Below are positions 45,438 through 54,460 of a stretch of DNA of 64,000 nt, piece by piece. The notes under the pieces are model-generated. The model worked only from the letters and a program-made list of their open reading frames with translations, had not been told where the DNA came from and did no database searches. Numbering within the stretch: position 1 is the stretch's first letter; each line of letters starts with the position of its first letter. Source of the DNA: Armatimonadota bacterium (GTDB taxonomy: Bacteria; Armatimonadota; HRBIN16); the NCBI GenBank assembly GCA_040289885.1, contig PSLZ01000006.1, forward strand, positions 37,211 to 101,210, in the 5' to 3' direction. A program made the position numbers and the translations under genes.

Positions 45438-47906
45438 ATGATGGGTTGTGAAGAACTGAAGCAGACTTTTGAGAATACCCCCGATGTCCAACGCTCGCTG
45501 TGCTGGCACATTCGGTATTCGCTGGGCAAGCCCGGCGACGACCTTTGTATGCATGATCTGTTCACCGCCGTCGCGCTGACGGTGCGCAACCGTATCCTCG
45601 ACCTGATGCTGGAAACCGAAAATCGCTATCAACAGCAGGACGCCAAGCGATTATACTACCTCTCGCTGGAGTACCTCATCGGGCGTTCGCTGACCAACAA
45701 CCTGATCAACCTGGGGCTATACGACCTGTTCCGGGATGCCTTGCTGGAACAGGGTATCGACCTGGAGGAGCTGGAGGAGTACGAGAGCGATGCCGCGCTG
45801 GGCAACGGTGGATTGGGTAGGCTCGCTGCCTGTTTCCTCGACTCGCTAGCGACCCTGGGCATGCCCGGCTATGGATACGGCATTAACTATGAGTACGGCA
45901 TCTTCAAGCAGGAGATCCATCATGGCTATCAGCACGAAAAGCCCGACAAGTGGCTCAAGGGGATGTCGCCCTGGCTCATCGAGCGATACGACGAGCGTTG
46001 CTTCATCCCCGTTTACGGGCGCATCGAGCACTCGGTGGACAGCAACGGGCACTATCAGCCCCGCTGGGTGGATTGGAAGTTGATCGTGGGTGTGCCGTAC
46101 GATATGCCCATCGTGGGATACGGTGGGAGAACGGTCAACGTCCTGCGTCTCTTTTCGGCGCGATCGTATCACGAGTTTGACATGCAGATATTCAACAGCG
46201 GTGATTACATCAGCGCGGTAGAGCAAAAGATCGCCTCGGAGACCATTTCCAAAGTGCTATATCCTTCGGACTCGGTGGCGGTGGGGAAGGAACTGCGCCT
46301 GACACAGGAGTACTTTCTGGTCGCCTGTGCCCTGCGCGACGTGGTACGCCGCTACATCAAACAGCACGAGACCTTCGACGCCTTCCCTCAAAAGGCGGCG
46401 ATCCAGCTCAACGACACACATCCCGCCCTTGCCATCGCGGAGCTGATGCGCATTCTGGTGGACGAGAACCGCCTTCCCTGGGAACAGGCGTGGCAGATCA
46501 CCGAGCAGACCTTCGGCTACACCAACCACACGCTGATGCCTGAGGCCCTGGAGAAGTGGCCCGTGCACCTGATGGAACGGCTTCTGCCACGCCACCTGCA
46601 GATCATCTACGAAATTAACCGGCGGTTCCTGGAGCATGTGGCATGGCTTTACCCGGGCGATCACGAGAAACTGCGCCGCGTTTCCATCATCGAAGAGGGT
46701 GAGCACAAGCAGGTGCGTATGGCAAATCTTGCCATCGTTGGCAGTCATTCGGTGAACGGTGTCTCCGAACTGCACAGCCGCCTGATCACCACCTCGCTCG
46801 TGCCTGAGTTCTACGAGCTGTTCCCCCACAAGTTCAACAATAAAACCAATGGCGTGACCCCGCGACGCTGGCTCAAACAGGCAAACCCGCGGCTGAGCCA
46901 GCTGATCGACGCAACCATCGGCGAGGGGTGGGTGACCAATCTGCAGGAACTGCACGCTCTGGAGCCTTTTGCTGAGGACGCCGGGTTCCAGCACGCCTTT
47001 CGCCAGGTCAAACAGATCAACAAACTGCGTCTAGCCCATCTTATCCGTGAAACCACAGGGCTACAAGTACCAGCAGACAGCCTGTTCGACGTGCAGGTGA
47101 AGCGCATTCATGAGTACAAGCGCCAGCTGCTGAACGTGCTCCACATCATCTACAACTACCTGCGCATTGTGGAGGACCATGAGTACCCCCTCGTGCCGCG
47201 CACGTTCATCTTTGCTGGTAAAGCCGCCCCCGGCTACTGGGCGGCGAAGAGCATCATCAAGTTGATTAACAACGTTGCAACCGTTATCAACCATGACCAC
47301 CGTGCCCGCGACTACCTGCACGTGGTGTTCCTGCCCGACTATCGCGTGTCGCTGGCGGAGGTCATTATTCCTTCTGCCGACTTAAGCGAGCAGATCTCCA
47401 CCGCAGGCATGGAGGCATCGGGAACTGGCTGTATGAAGTTCGCATTGAACGGCGCGCTGACCATCGGCACGCTGGACGGGGCAAACATCGAAATTCGCGA
47501 GGAGGTAGGCGCGGAGAACATCTACATCTTCGGACACACCGCCGAGCAGATCCGTGAGATGCGCCGCAACGGCAGTTACGACCCCCGAGCCCTCTACGAA
47601 GCGAACCCCGACATCAAGCGCGTGATGGATACTTTTTTGACCGACCTGTTCTGCCCCCACGAGCCGGGATTGTTCCGCTGGATTTTCGATAGCTTGGTGC
47701 ATCACGGGGATTACTACCTCCACCTAGCAGACCTGCCGTCCTACATCCAGACCCAGCAACGGGCTTCGCAGGAGTACCGTCAGCCGGAAGTCTGGACGCG
47801 CAAGGCGATTTTGAGCGTGGCACGCATGGGCAAGTTCTCCAGCGACCGCACGGTCAGCGAATACGCGCGCGACATCTGGCACATCCGACCGGTGCCCCGC
47901 AAATAG
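45438..47906 (+). CDS. glgP: Glycogen/starch phosphorylase.
   Basis: About 822 aa. LSLEYLIGRSL, GNGGLGRLAACFLDS, and the PLP site EISTAGMEASGTGCMKFALNGALTIGTLDGANIEI. Confidence 0.9.
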   Translation: MMGCEELKQTFENTPDVQRSLCWHIRYSLGKPGDDLCMHDLFTAVALTVRNRILDLMLETENRYQQQDAKRLYYLSLEYLIGRSLTNNLINLGLYDLFRDALLEQGIDLEELEEYESDAALGNGGLGRLAACFLDSLATLGMPGYGYGINYEYGIFKQEIHHGYQHEKPDKWLKGMSPWLIERYDERCFIPVYGRIEHSVDSNGHYQPRWVDWKLIVGVPYDMPIVGYGGRTVNVLRLFSARSYHEFDMQIFNSGDYISAVEQKIASETISKVLYPSDSVAVGKELRLTQEYFLVACALRDVVRRYIKQHETFDAFPQKAAIQLNDTHPALAIAELMRILVDENRLPWEQAWQITEQTFGYTNHTLMPEALEKWPVHLMERLLPRHLQIIYEINRRFLEHVAWLYPGDHEKLRRVSIIEEGEHKQVRMANLAIVGSHSVNGVSELHSRLITTSLVPEFYELFPHKFNNKTNGVTPRRWLKQANPRLSQLIDATIGEGWVTNLQELHALEPFAEDAGFQHAFRQVKQINKLRLAHLIRETTGLQVPADSLFDVQVKRIHEYKRQLLNVLHIIYNYLRIVEDHEYPLVPRTFIFAGKAAPGYWAAKSIIKLINNVATVINHDHRARDYLHVVFLPDYRVSLAEVIIPSADLSEQISTAGMEASGTGCMKFALNGALTIGTLDGANIEIREEVGAENIYIFGHTAEQIREMRRNGSYDPRALYEANPDIKRVMDTFLTDLFCPHEPGLFRWIFDSLVHHGDYYLHLADLPSYIQTQQRASQEYRQPEVWTRKAILSVARMGKFSSDRTVSEYARDIWHIRPVPRK

Positions 47907-47922
47907 CCCCGCCGAAAATCGC

Positions 47923-48669
47923 TTACAGGTCGTAGGAGTAGTAGAGCGCTACGCCAACCTTGCGGGCGTAGGCTTCGGCGTCGGGCTCGGAGATCATGTG
48001 CGTGACCAGCACGGGAAACAGCCGGGGATACACTCCCTCCAGCGCGCTCAGCGTGCGCCGCAAGAAACGAGCGATATCGTTCTTGGAGAGTTGCGCCTTG
48101 CTCTCTCCTACAATGGCCACCGTCTCGCCGTCGCGTGTGCCCGTGCCAAACAGGTTGACCTCGATATCGCGTCCCGTTCTGTCGCGCACGAACTGGCGCT
48201 TCAGTTTGCCCTGCACCTGGATGCCGTAATCGTGAAGCAGGAGCTGCGGCAGCTTCTTGAGTGCTTCGTTCTCCAGCACATACCCGAAGGATTGCGACAT
48301 CCCGCCAACCTGCTTCTGCAGGTCTTTGTGCGATTTTGCCAGCTCCTGCACCTCTTTTGCCAGTCTAGTGACCTGCTCTTCGGTGCGGCGTTGCGCCTCT
48401 GCCAGTTCGCGGAAGCGCGCATCGGTCTCTAAGCGGCTTTCTGCCAACTGCTCCTCGATACGCCGAGCGAACTGGCGCCATTCGTCCGCCAGGTTGTCGA
48501 TCCTGCGCTCCAGCAGGTCCAGCCTTTGCAAAACGAGGCTCTCGTGCAGGCGTTCGTAAACCGATAGCATCACCTGCCCCAGCTTCTCGGCTACCGGCTT
48601 TTCGAACACACTGCTCAGTTCCTCAATCACTTCTCTCAGGTCGAGCATACACCGCACCTCTCTCTGCAC
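47923..48669 (-). CDS. Hypothetical protein with an N-terminal coiled coil and a C-terminal PD-(D/E)xK-like domain.
   Basis: Heptad-rich N-terminus (LQRLDLLERRIDNLADEWRQFARRIEEQ...). C-terminus RDIEVNLFG...IVGESK...D fits a D-x(n)-E-x-K nuclease-fold pattern. Confidence 0.4.
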   Translation of the reverse strand: MQREVRCMLDLREVIEELSSVFEKPVAEKLGQVMLSVYERLHESLVLQRLDLLERRIDNLADEWRQFARRIEEQLAESRLETDARFRELAEAQRRTEEQVTRLAKEVQELAKSHKDLQKQVGGMSQSFGYVLENEALKKLPQLLLHDYGIQVQGKLKRQFVRDRTGRDIEVNLFGTGTRDGETVAIVGESKAQLSKNDIARFLRRTLSALEGVYPRLFPVLVTHMISEPDAEAYARKVGVALYYSYDL

Positions 48670-48708
48670 TCATTATACCGCCGGAGATACAGGGGCAGCA
48701 ACGGGCAC

Positions 48709-50166
48709 TTACTCCACGCGCAGTTCCGTTCCGCCGAAGCGCAGGATATCTCCTACCTGTACCGCCCTTTGCTGAACGGGTTGTCCGTTGACGAAACTGC
48801 CGTTCCGGGAGCCTTCGTCGATGAGCACCCACTGCGTGCCCTGACGCTCCAGCCGCGCGTGCCGACGGCTGACGGTGGGGTCAAAATCTATCAGCACATC
48901 GCGCCCCACCTCCCTGCCGATGGTAACGACGTCGCCGCGCAGGGGGAACACCGCGCCCGCCTTCGCCCCACTCAACATCACCAGCCGCGAGGGCATCGTG
49001 CCAGGGGCAGGCGAGACAGCTGGCGGTGGCGATGCCGTAGAGGATGGTAACGCAATGGGCTGTGGCGATACACCCGACACCACACTGCAGGCGCATTGCC
49101 CCGTTACGGGGTCCTTCCGCTCACCGCAGTAGGGGCACAGGTAGTCGGGCATCGGTGGACGAGACAAGAGCTTCTCCTCTCGCTCCATTGCCTCACGCAC
49201 GAGCGAGCGTGTGGCTTTCTCGAAGAATTGCAGGCGCATGGAGCCGATCTGGATGAGGTCACTATCCTTCAGCTTCGCCTGGCGGACAGGTTGACCGTTC
49301 AGCAGGACGCCCGCCGGCGTCCCCAGGTCCTGCAAGTAGTAGCCATCTTGCATCCGGACGATTCGGGCATGTTGCGGGGCGATCTGCGGGTCGCCAAACA
49401 GGGGGATGTCGGCGTACTCGTCGCTTCCAATGAGGCACACCGGCTTGTCCACCGGGTACTCTTTGCCCTCGTTACGCCCCAGGATCATCCGCACCCATGC
49501 CGCCTTCAACGCCTCCTGCACCAGCGCGATAAAGAACCCGATGCTTGCTCCCAGCACGGGAAAACCCACCGCTCGTCCGGGCGCACCGACCTCCACGCGC
49601 CCGTCTTGTCCAGCCGCCGCCAAGTACATCGGGGCAAAGAGCAGGGTGAAAATCTGGAAGGCGATGCCTCCTAGCGCACCGCCGATGGTGCCCCCGATGG
49701 TGCTGTGCCACCAGCGTTTCACCGACCCTGTGACCACGCCCACCGCCGCGCCGATGCCCGCTCCGAAAAACATCCAGCCCAGCGTGCGCGGCACGATGTC
49801 GGTTACAAAACCTATCGGTGTCGGTTGACTGCCCGCGCCCACAGGGTTGCCCAACAGCATGCTCAGCGAGCCATACACAAGGTTGCCGAGGAACAACGCA
49901 ATCATCGCGCCGGGCAGACCGATCAGCGCAGACAACAGCCCCCTGCGCACCGCCTGAGCCGGCAGTCCTCGTGTCAGGCTGTCTGCCATGCCCAGCCAGA
50001 AGCCATAACACGCGCCCAGAATCAACGACAGCCACACGGTCTGCCGGACGGTCTCCGCCGGGTTGAGCAACATCGCCTGATGGTCGATCACTGGCTCCTG
50101 GATCACAAAGGCGATCGCCCCGCCAATGCCACCCAGCAATAAGCCCAGCAGAAGCTTGCCAAACAT
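48709..50166 (-). CDS. Polytopic membrane protein with two FHA domains and a zinc ribbon.
   Basis: N-terminal multi-TM Gly-rich domain. FHA domain 1 (...KPVCLIGSDEYADIPL...HARIVRMQDGYYLQDLGTPAGVLLNGQPV). CPYCGERKDPVTGQCACS. C-terminal FHA domain (VVTIGREVGRDVLIDFDPTVSRRHARLERQGTQWVLIDEGSRNGSFVNGQPV). Confidence 0.7.
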   Translation of the reverse strand: MFGKLLLGLLLGGIGGAIAFVIQEPVIDHQAMLLNPAETVRQTVWLSLILGACYGFWLGMADSLTRGLPAQAVRRGLLSALIGLPGAMIALFLGNLVYGSLSMLLGNPVGAGSQPTPIGFVTDIVPRTLGWMFFGAGIGAAVGVVTGSVKRWWHSTIGGTIGGALGGIAFQIFTLLFAPMYLAAAGQDGRVEVGAPGRAVGFPVLGASIGFFIALVQEALKAAWVRMILGRNEGKEYPVDKPVCLIGSDEYADIPLFGDPQIAPQHARIVRMQDGYYLQDLGTPAGVLLNGQPVRQAKLKDSDLIQIGSMRLQFFEKATRSLVREAMEREEKLLSRPPMPDYLCPYCGERKDPVTGQCACSVVSGVSPQPIALPSSTASPPPAVSPAPGTMPSRLVMLSGAKAGAVFPLRGDVVTIGREVGRDVLIDFDPTVSRRHARLERQGTQWVLIDEGSRNGSFVNGQPVQQRAVQVGDILRFGGTELRVE

Positions 50167-50169
50167 GGC

Positions 50170-51456
50170 TCACACTTCCCATCGGAAGAAGGTGGCGCCG
50201 ATCTGTATCTCGTCGCCCGGACGCAGAGCCTGTTCGGTGACACGCACCCCGTTCACCCACGTGCCGTTCGAAGAGCCTTCGTCGCGGATGACCCACTGGT
50301 CACCCTGCTTTAGCAGGCGGGCATGCCGACGGCTGACGGTGTTATCCCGGTCCAACTGCACCGTATTACCCACCTCGCGCCCGATGCTTGCCTCTGCGCC
50401 AGCGATTTCGAAGATGGTGCCGCCGTACGCGCCGCGCGCCCCTACCAGGCGCGGGTTGGTTGCTACTGCGGTCGCCGTTGGAGCCGATGCCCCTGCGGAT
50501 GCAGGAGCCACCGAGCAGGCGCAACTCCCCGTGACGGGGTCTATTGGCTGACCGCAGAAGGGGCAATGCCCTTCGGGGACCTGCACCGGAGGTTTGGCGG
50601 AGGCGGGCTTCGCTGGCTCGGGTATGGGAGGCTGTTGTGCCATTTCGATGCCCAACTTCTTCAGCGCATCGGGAATGGTCAACTGCTTGCGCTTCCAGAT
50701 GCGATATCCGCTATAGATCAGCCCTGCCAGCACCAGAAGACCGAGCAAAGTGTTCACCACAGGAAACGGACGCGACACCGGGGCGGGGGTCGGCTTCACA
50801 GGTTGCGTGGCGGATGTGGGCGTGAGGGGAGCGGTCTCCAGCACCGGCGCACCGCTGGAGATGACCATCGTCAGGGTTACAACTGGGTTGGCACGCTCTG
50901 CCTTGATCTCCGCCTCCTGCGAGGCAGTGAGGTTGTTGCCGTAGTTCACCAACACGCTGACCTTACCCAGTTTCACCCGCTCCAGCGACACGATGCCGTT
51001 CTGCGACGGCTCTAGCAGGGCAGTGTGGATGGTATTGTTGGCATCGGTGAGCATCACAAACGCCGCGGCGATGGGCTTGTCCTCTGGCGTCTGCAGTCTC
51101 ACCTGCACGCGCATGGCATACTGGAACGCATCAGGCGTTACGGTGACGGTGGTGTCGTTGGGCTTGAGGGTAATCAGCGCCAGGTTGCCGTATTTGGTAT
51201 CGTACACACCCACTCGCGCGCCTTCCAGCGTTTTATCGGCGGTGTCGGCAAATCGCTTCTTCAGGGAGCCGATGTCCAGCTCCACTTTCCCCGCCACGCT
51301 CTCGTTGGGCGGCAAGAAGACGGTTCGTCCGTTCGCCGACTCCAGCCACACCAGATATTTGCCTTCGCTGGGTACGTTCACCGTGACCTTGTCGGGCAAA
51401 GACCACGCCGCGGTGGTGATGAAGAACAGGCAGACCAACCATGCATATCGCCTCAT
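50170..51456 (-). CDS. Secreted/membrane protein with a zinc ribbon and a C-terminal FHA domain, paralog of 48709-50166.
   Basis: RBS aggaggaggg then MRRYAWLVCLFFITTAAWS (signal). TM LLGLLVLAGLIYSGY. HCPFCGQPIDPVTGSCACS. FHA domain EASIGREVGNTVQLDRDNTVSRRHARLLKQGDQWVIRDEGSSNGTWVNG. Confidence 0.7.
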   Translation of the reverse strand: MRRYAWLVCLFFITTAAWSLPDKVTVNVPSEGKYLVWLESANGRTVFLPPNESVAGKVELDIGSLKKRFADTADKTLEGARVGVYDTKYGNLALITLKPNDTTVTVTPDAFQYAMRVQVRLQTPEDKPIAAAFVMLTDANNTIHTALLEPSQNGIVSLERVKLGKVSVLVNYGNNLTASQEAEIKAERANPVVTLTMVISSGAPVLETAPLTPTSATQPVKPTPAPVSRPFPVVNTLLGLLVLAGLIYSGYRIWKRKQLTIPDALKKLGIEMAQQPPIPEPAKPASAKPPVQVPEGHCPFCGQPIDPVTGSCACSVAPASAGASAPTATAVATNPRLVGARGAYGGTIFEIAGAEASIGREVGNTVQLDRDNTVSRRHARLLKQGDQWVIRDEGSSNGTWVNGVRVTEQALRPGDEIQIGATFFRWEV

Positions 51457-51467
51457 GTTTCCCTCCT

Positions 51468-51521
51468 CCTGTGCCAAGCTATGCCTCTAACATTCCTGTG
51501 CCAAGCTATGCCTCTAACATT
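51468..51521. repeat. Perfect tandem duplication of a 27-nt unit (cctgtgccaagctatgcctctaacatt x2).
   Basis: It spans the junction between the nnr stop codon (inside unit 2) and the RBS of the FHA gene. Confidence 0.8.
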
Positions 51522-53058
51522 GTTGTATCGCCTTCGGCAGGTAGCGAATGATGTCACCCGCGATCAAGCCCGCCTGACCGGTCTCCTCTACCGCGAGGTC
51601 GCCCGCCAACCCATGTAGATATACGCCAGCCACCGCGCCCTGTTCGCCGTCCAGACCCTGCGCCAGCAGTCCAGCGATGGTACCTGTCAGGGCATCCCCG
51701 CTACCGCCGGTTGCCATCCCCGCGTTGCCGGTGGGGTTCACCCAGATTCTGCCCTCTGGAGTGGCGACTACCGTGCGCGCGCCCTTCAGCACCACCACCG
51801 CACCGAACCGATCCGCCGCGCAACGCGCCATCTCTAGCCGGTTCGCCTGCACGTCTGCCGTACTGGTGTTCATCAGTCGTGCCATCTCGCCCGGATGCGG
51901 GGTCAGCACCAGTGGCGTCTGCTGTAAGGGAAGGATGTCCGGTTCCTGGGCGATGCAGTTCAGTGCGTCGGCGTCGATCACGCACGGCACCCGCGCCTCC
52001 TTGAGCAGTTCCCGTAGAGCCTCGCGAGCAGGCAGGCGGGTGCTCCAGCCCGGCCCGATAGCCAGCACGTTCGCGCGCTCCAGAAGCGGCTTCAATCGGC
52101 TGACGGATTGCCTGCACAGACACCCCTCTGGTGCCTCGGGCAGAGGATGTACCATCGCTTCGCGCAGGCTACCTGCCGCGGCGGTGTAGATGCTATGCGG
52201 AACCGCCACGGAACAGAGCCCCGCTCCTACCCGCAGGGCGGATTCCGCCGCCATCATCGGTGCGCCTGCCAGCCCTACCGAACCACCTATCACCAGCACA
52301 TGCCCGAAGTGCCCTTTGTGCGCATGGGGCGGGCGGGCAGGTAGCCACCGGCGTATCTGCTCCCGTGTTATCAGACGCCGGGCAATGTTCGCGCGTTCCA
52401 CCTCCACCGCAGGGATGCCGATGTCTGCCACCACCAGTTCACCCGCGTACTCCGCGCCGGGATGAACCGCCAGCCCGACCTTCATCGCGCCGAAGGTGAT
52501 CGTGAGCGTGGCACGGATGGCACGACCGCACACCGCGCCGGTATCGGCGTCGATGCCCGAAGGCACGTCTACCGCCACCACCGGCACCGGACAACTCTGG
52601 AAGAATCCGATGACCTCCCCGATAAGGCCTCGCACTTCGCCCGTGACGCCGATGCCCAACAGGGCGTCCACGACCAGGTCCCAATCGGCTCTGCCCCAGA
52701 GGTGAGCGAGGTCTTCCGCGTTCTGCAGGGGACGAACGATGCCCAGCTTCTGTGCGATGTGCAGATTGGTTCGGGCGTCGCCGGTCACCTTTTCGGGGTC
52801 GCCAGCCAGCGCCACCAGCACCTCTGCACCCCGTTGCATGGCGTGACGCGCCACCACCATGCCGTCGCCGCCGTTGTTGCCCGTGCCGCACAGCACCAGC
52901 ACCCGCTTGCCCTGCCACCCGCCAAACCGCTGTTCGGCGTGATTGACCACCTGCAGGCCCGCGTTTTCCATCAGGAGCAAGCCGGGAATGCCGTACTGCT
53001 CGATGGCGATGCGGTCCATCTGGCGCATTTGCTCGGCGGTTACCAGCACCGGTAGCAT
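51514..53058 (-). CDS. nnr: Bifunctional NAD(P)H-hydrate epimerase / ADP-dependent dehydratase.
   Basis: YjeF N-terminus (LVLCGTGNNGGDGMVVARH) plus a C-terminal carbohydrate-kinase domain (HKGHFGHVLVIGGS..., ...LKGARTVVA). Confidence 0.85.
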   Translation of the reverse strand: MLPVLVTAEQMRQMDRIAIEQYGIPGLLLMENAGLQVVNHAEQRFGGWQGKRVLVLCGTGNNGGDGMVVARHAMQRGAEVLVALAGDPEKVTGDARTNLHIAQKLGIVRPLQNAEDLAHLWGRADWDLVVDALLGIGVTGEVRGLIGEVIGFFQSCPVPVVAVDVPSGIDADTGAVCGRAIRATLTITFGAMKVGLAVHPGAEYAGELVVADIGIPAVEVERANIARRLITREQIRRWLPARPPHAHKGHFGHVLVIGGSVGLAGAPMMAAESALRVGAGLCSVAVPHSIYTAAAGSLREAMVHPLPEAPEGCLCRQSVSRLKPLLERANVLAIGPGWSTRLPAREALRELLKEARVPCVIDADALNCIAQEPDILPLQQTPLVLTPHPGEMARLMNTSTADVQANRLEMARCAADRFGAVVVLKGARTVVATPEGRIWVNPTGNAGMATGGSGDALTGTIAGLLAQGLDGEQGAVAGVYLHGLAGDLAVEETGQAGLIAGDIIRYLPKAIQQC

Positions 53059-53061
53059 CGC

Positions 53062-53796
53062 TTACCCCTCCTGGCGCCGGGCGATGATGGTTCGCACCCG
53101 CTCGAGGTCTTCTTCGGTGTCCACGCCGATAGATGTCTGCTCCACGCGCACCATGCGGATGCGGTAGCCGTTCTCCAGCACACGCAGTTGTTCCAGCATC
53201 TCCATCTGCTCGAGTGGGGTCGGCTCCCACGAGGCGTACTGCAGAAGGAACTCGCGCCGGTAGGCGTAGATGCCCAGATGCTTATACACGATGGCGGGGG
53301 CAGATGGGTCACGCGGATAGGGAATGCGCGCGCGTGAAAAGTAGAGGGCATTGCCCACTTTGTCGACCACCACCTTCACCGCCGTGGGTTTGTCTTTCTC
53401 CTCCTCAGTGGCAGGGCACATCAGACTGCCCATGGGGAGCGAAGGGTCTTCCATCAGCGGGCGCACCACGGCATCGATGTTCTCTGGCGGCATCAGCGGT
53501 TCGTCGCCCTGGATGTTGACGATAACCTCTGCGTTCAGTGATTGCGCGACCTCTGCCAGTCGCTCGGTGCCGGAGCGGTGTCGCGGCGACGTAAGCACGG
53601 CGATGCCGCCAAAACCGCGTACCACCTCCGCGATTTGTTCATCGGGGGTGGCAACCAACACCTCGCTAAGTGTCTTTGCCTGTTTGGCATTGTGCCACAC
53701 CCACCATATCATCGGCTTGCCCACGATATCCAGCAGTGGCTTGTTGGGTAGACGAACCGCCGCCAGGCGCGCGGGAATGATGCCGACAACCTCCAT
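53062..53796 (-). CDS. kdsB: 3-deoxy-manno-octulosonate cytidylyltransferase (CMP-Kdo synthetase).
   Basis: RBS ggaggg then MEVVGIIPARLAAVRLPNKPLLDIVGKPMI... and IVNIQGDEPL. Confidence 0.8.
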   Translation of the reverse strand: MEVVGIIPARLAAVRLPNKPLLDIVGKPMIWWVWHNAKQAKTLSEVLVATPDEQIAEVVRGFGGIAVLTSPRHRSGTERLAEVAQSLNAEVIVNIQGDEPLMPPENIDAVVRPLMEDPSLPMGSLMCPATEEEKDKPTAVKVVVDKVGNALYFSRARIPYPRDPSAPAIVYKHLGIYAYRREFLLQYASWEPTPLEQMEMLEQLRVLENGYRIRMVRVEQTSIGVDTEEDLERVRTIIARRQEG

Positions 53797-53954
53797 GTGC
53801 CTGTGCCTCCCTCCTGCGTCTGGGTATATGCTTCTCACAGCAATCATTCGCCAGACAGCACACGCTCACCTTGCGAGGCACGTAGGTCGCTTCTCTGCGG
53901 GGGATAGTGCACAGAAAAAGCGGGAACTTTTTGAACAGCGAAAATCGTCTTATT

Positions 53955-53986
53955 ATTTGAAAGTTATCAAATTATGGAAATATCAT
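53955..53986 (+). promoter_or_regulatory. AT-rich promoter/operator for the arsR-merA operon.
   Basis: TTGAAA-18 nt-TATCAT is sigma70-like. It overlaps an imperfect palindrome atttgaaagttatcaaat, a candidate ArsR/SmtB operator. It lies 15 nt upstream of the RBS ggaggtg. Confidence 0.4.
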
Positions 53987-54000
53987 ATGGAGGTGCAAAG

Positions 54001-54453
54001 ATGAGCAAGATGAAAGCACAAAACCAGCGAAGCCGTCAAATCCCGCTTTGCGAAATCTACAACCCGGATACTCGCAGGGCTGAGCGGGTTCGCGCCCTTT
54101 TGCCTGATGAAGAAAGTCTTCACGACACAGCACGTGTGCTCAAAGCCTGTGCCGATCCGGCACGTGTGAAAATCCTCTACGCGCTAGGGGAGTCGGAGCT
54201 ATGCGTGTGTGAGCTAGCGCATCTATTGGGGCTTTCTATGCCCACAGTTTCTTATCACTTGCGGATACTAGACCAGGCGAAACTCATCGAGTATCGCAAG
54301 CAAGGCAGACTGGTCTTTTATCGCTTGCGGGATGAGTGCCTGACCCAGCGCGTGCAGCAACTAGTGGAGCTTTTTCGGAAAGACAGATCACCAGAGCAAC
54401 CCCAAATACTCCAGGAATCTCAAATCACTGAGCAGCCCATCTTGAGGAGGTAG
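54001..54453 (+). CDS. ArsR/SmtB-family metalloregulator.
   Basis: ARVKILYALGESELCVCELAHLLGLSMPTVSYHLRILDQAKLIEYRKQGRLVFYRL is a winged helix-turn-helix with a CVC metal site. Confidence 0.8.
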   Translation: MSKMKAQNQRSRQIPLCEIYNPDTRRAERVRALLPDEESLHDTARVLKACADPARVKILYALGESELCVCELAHLLGLSMPTVSYHLRILDQAKLIEYRKQGRLVFYRLRDECLTQRVQQLVELFRKDRSPEQPQILQESQITEQPILRR

Positions 54454-54460
54454 CACAAAG

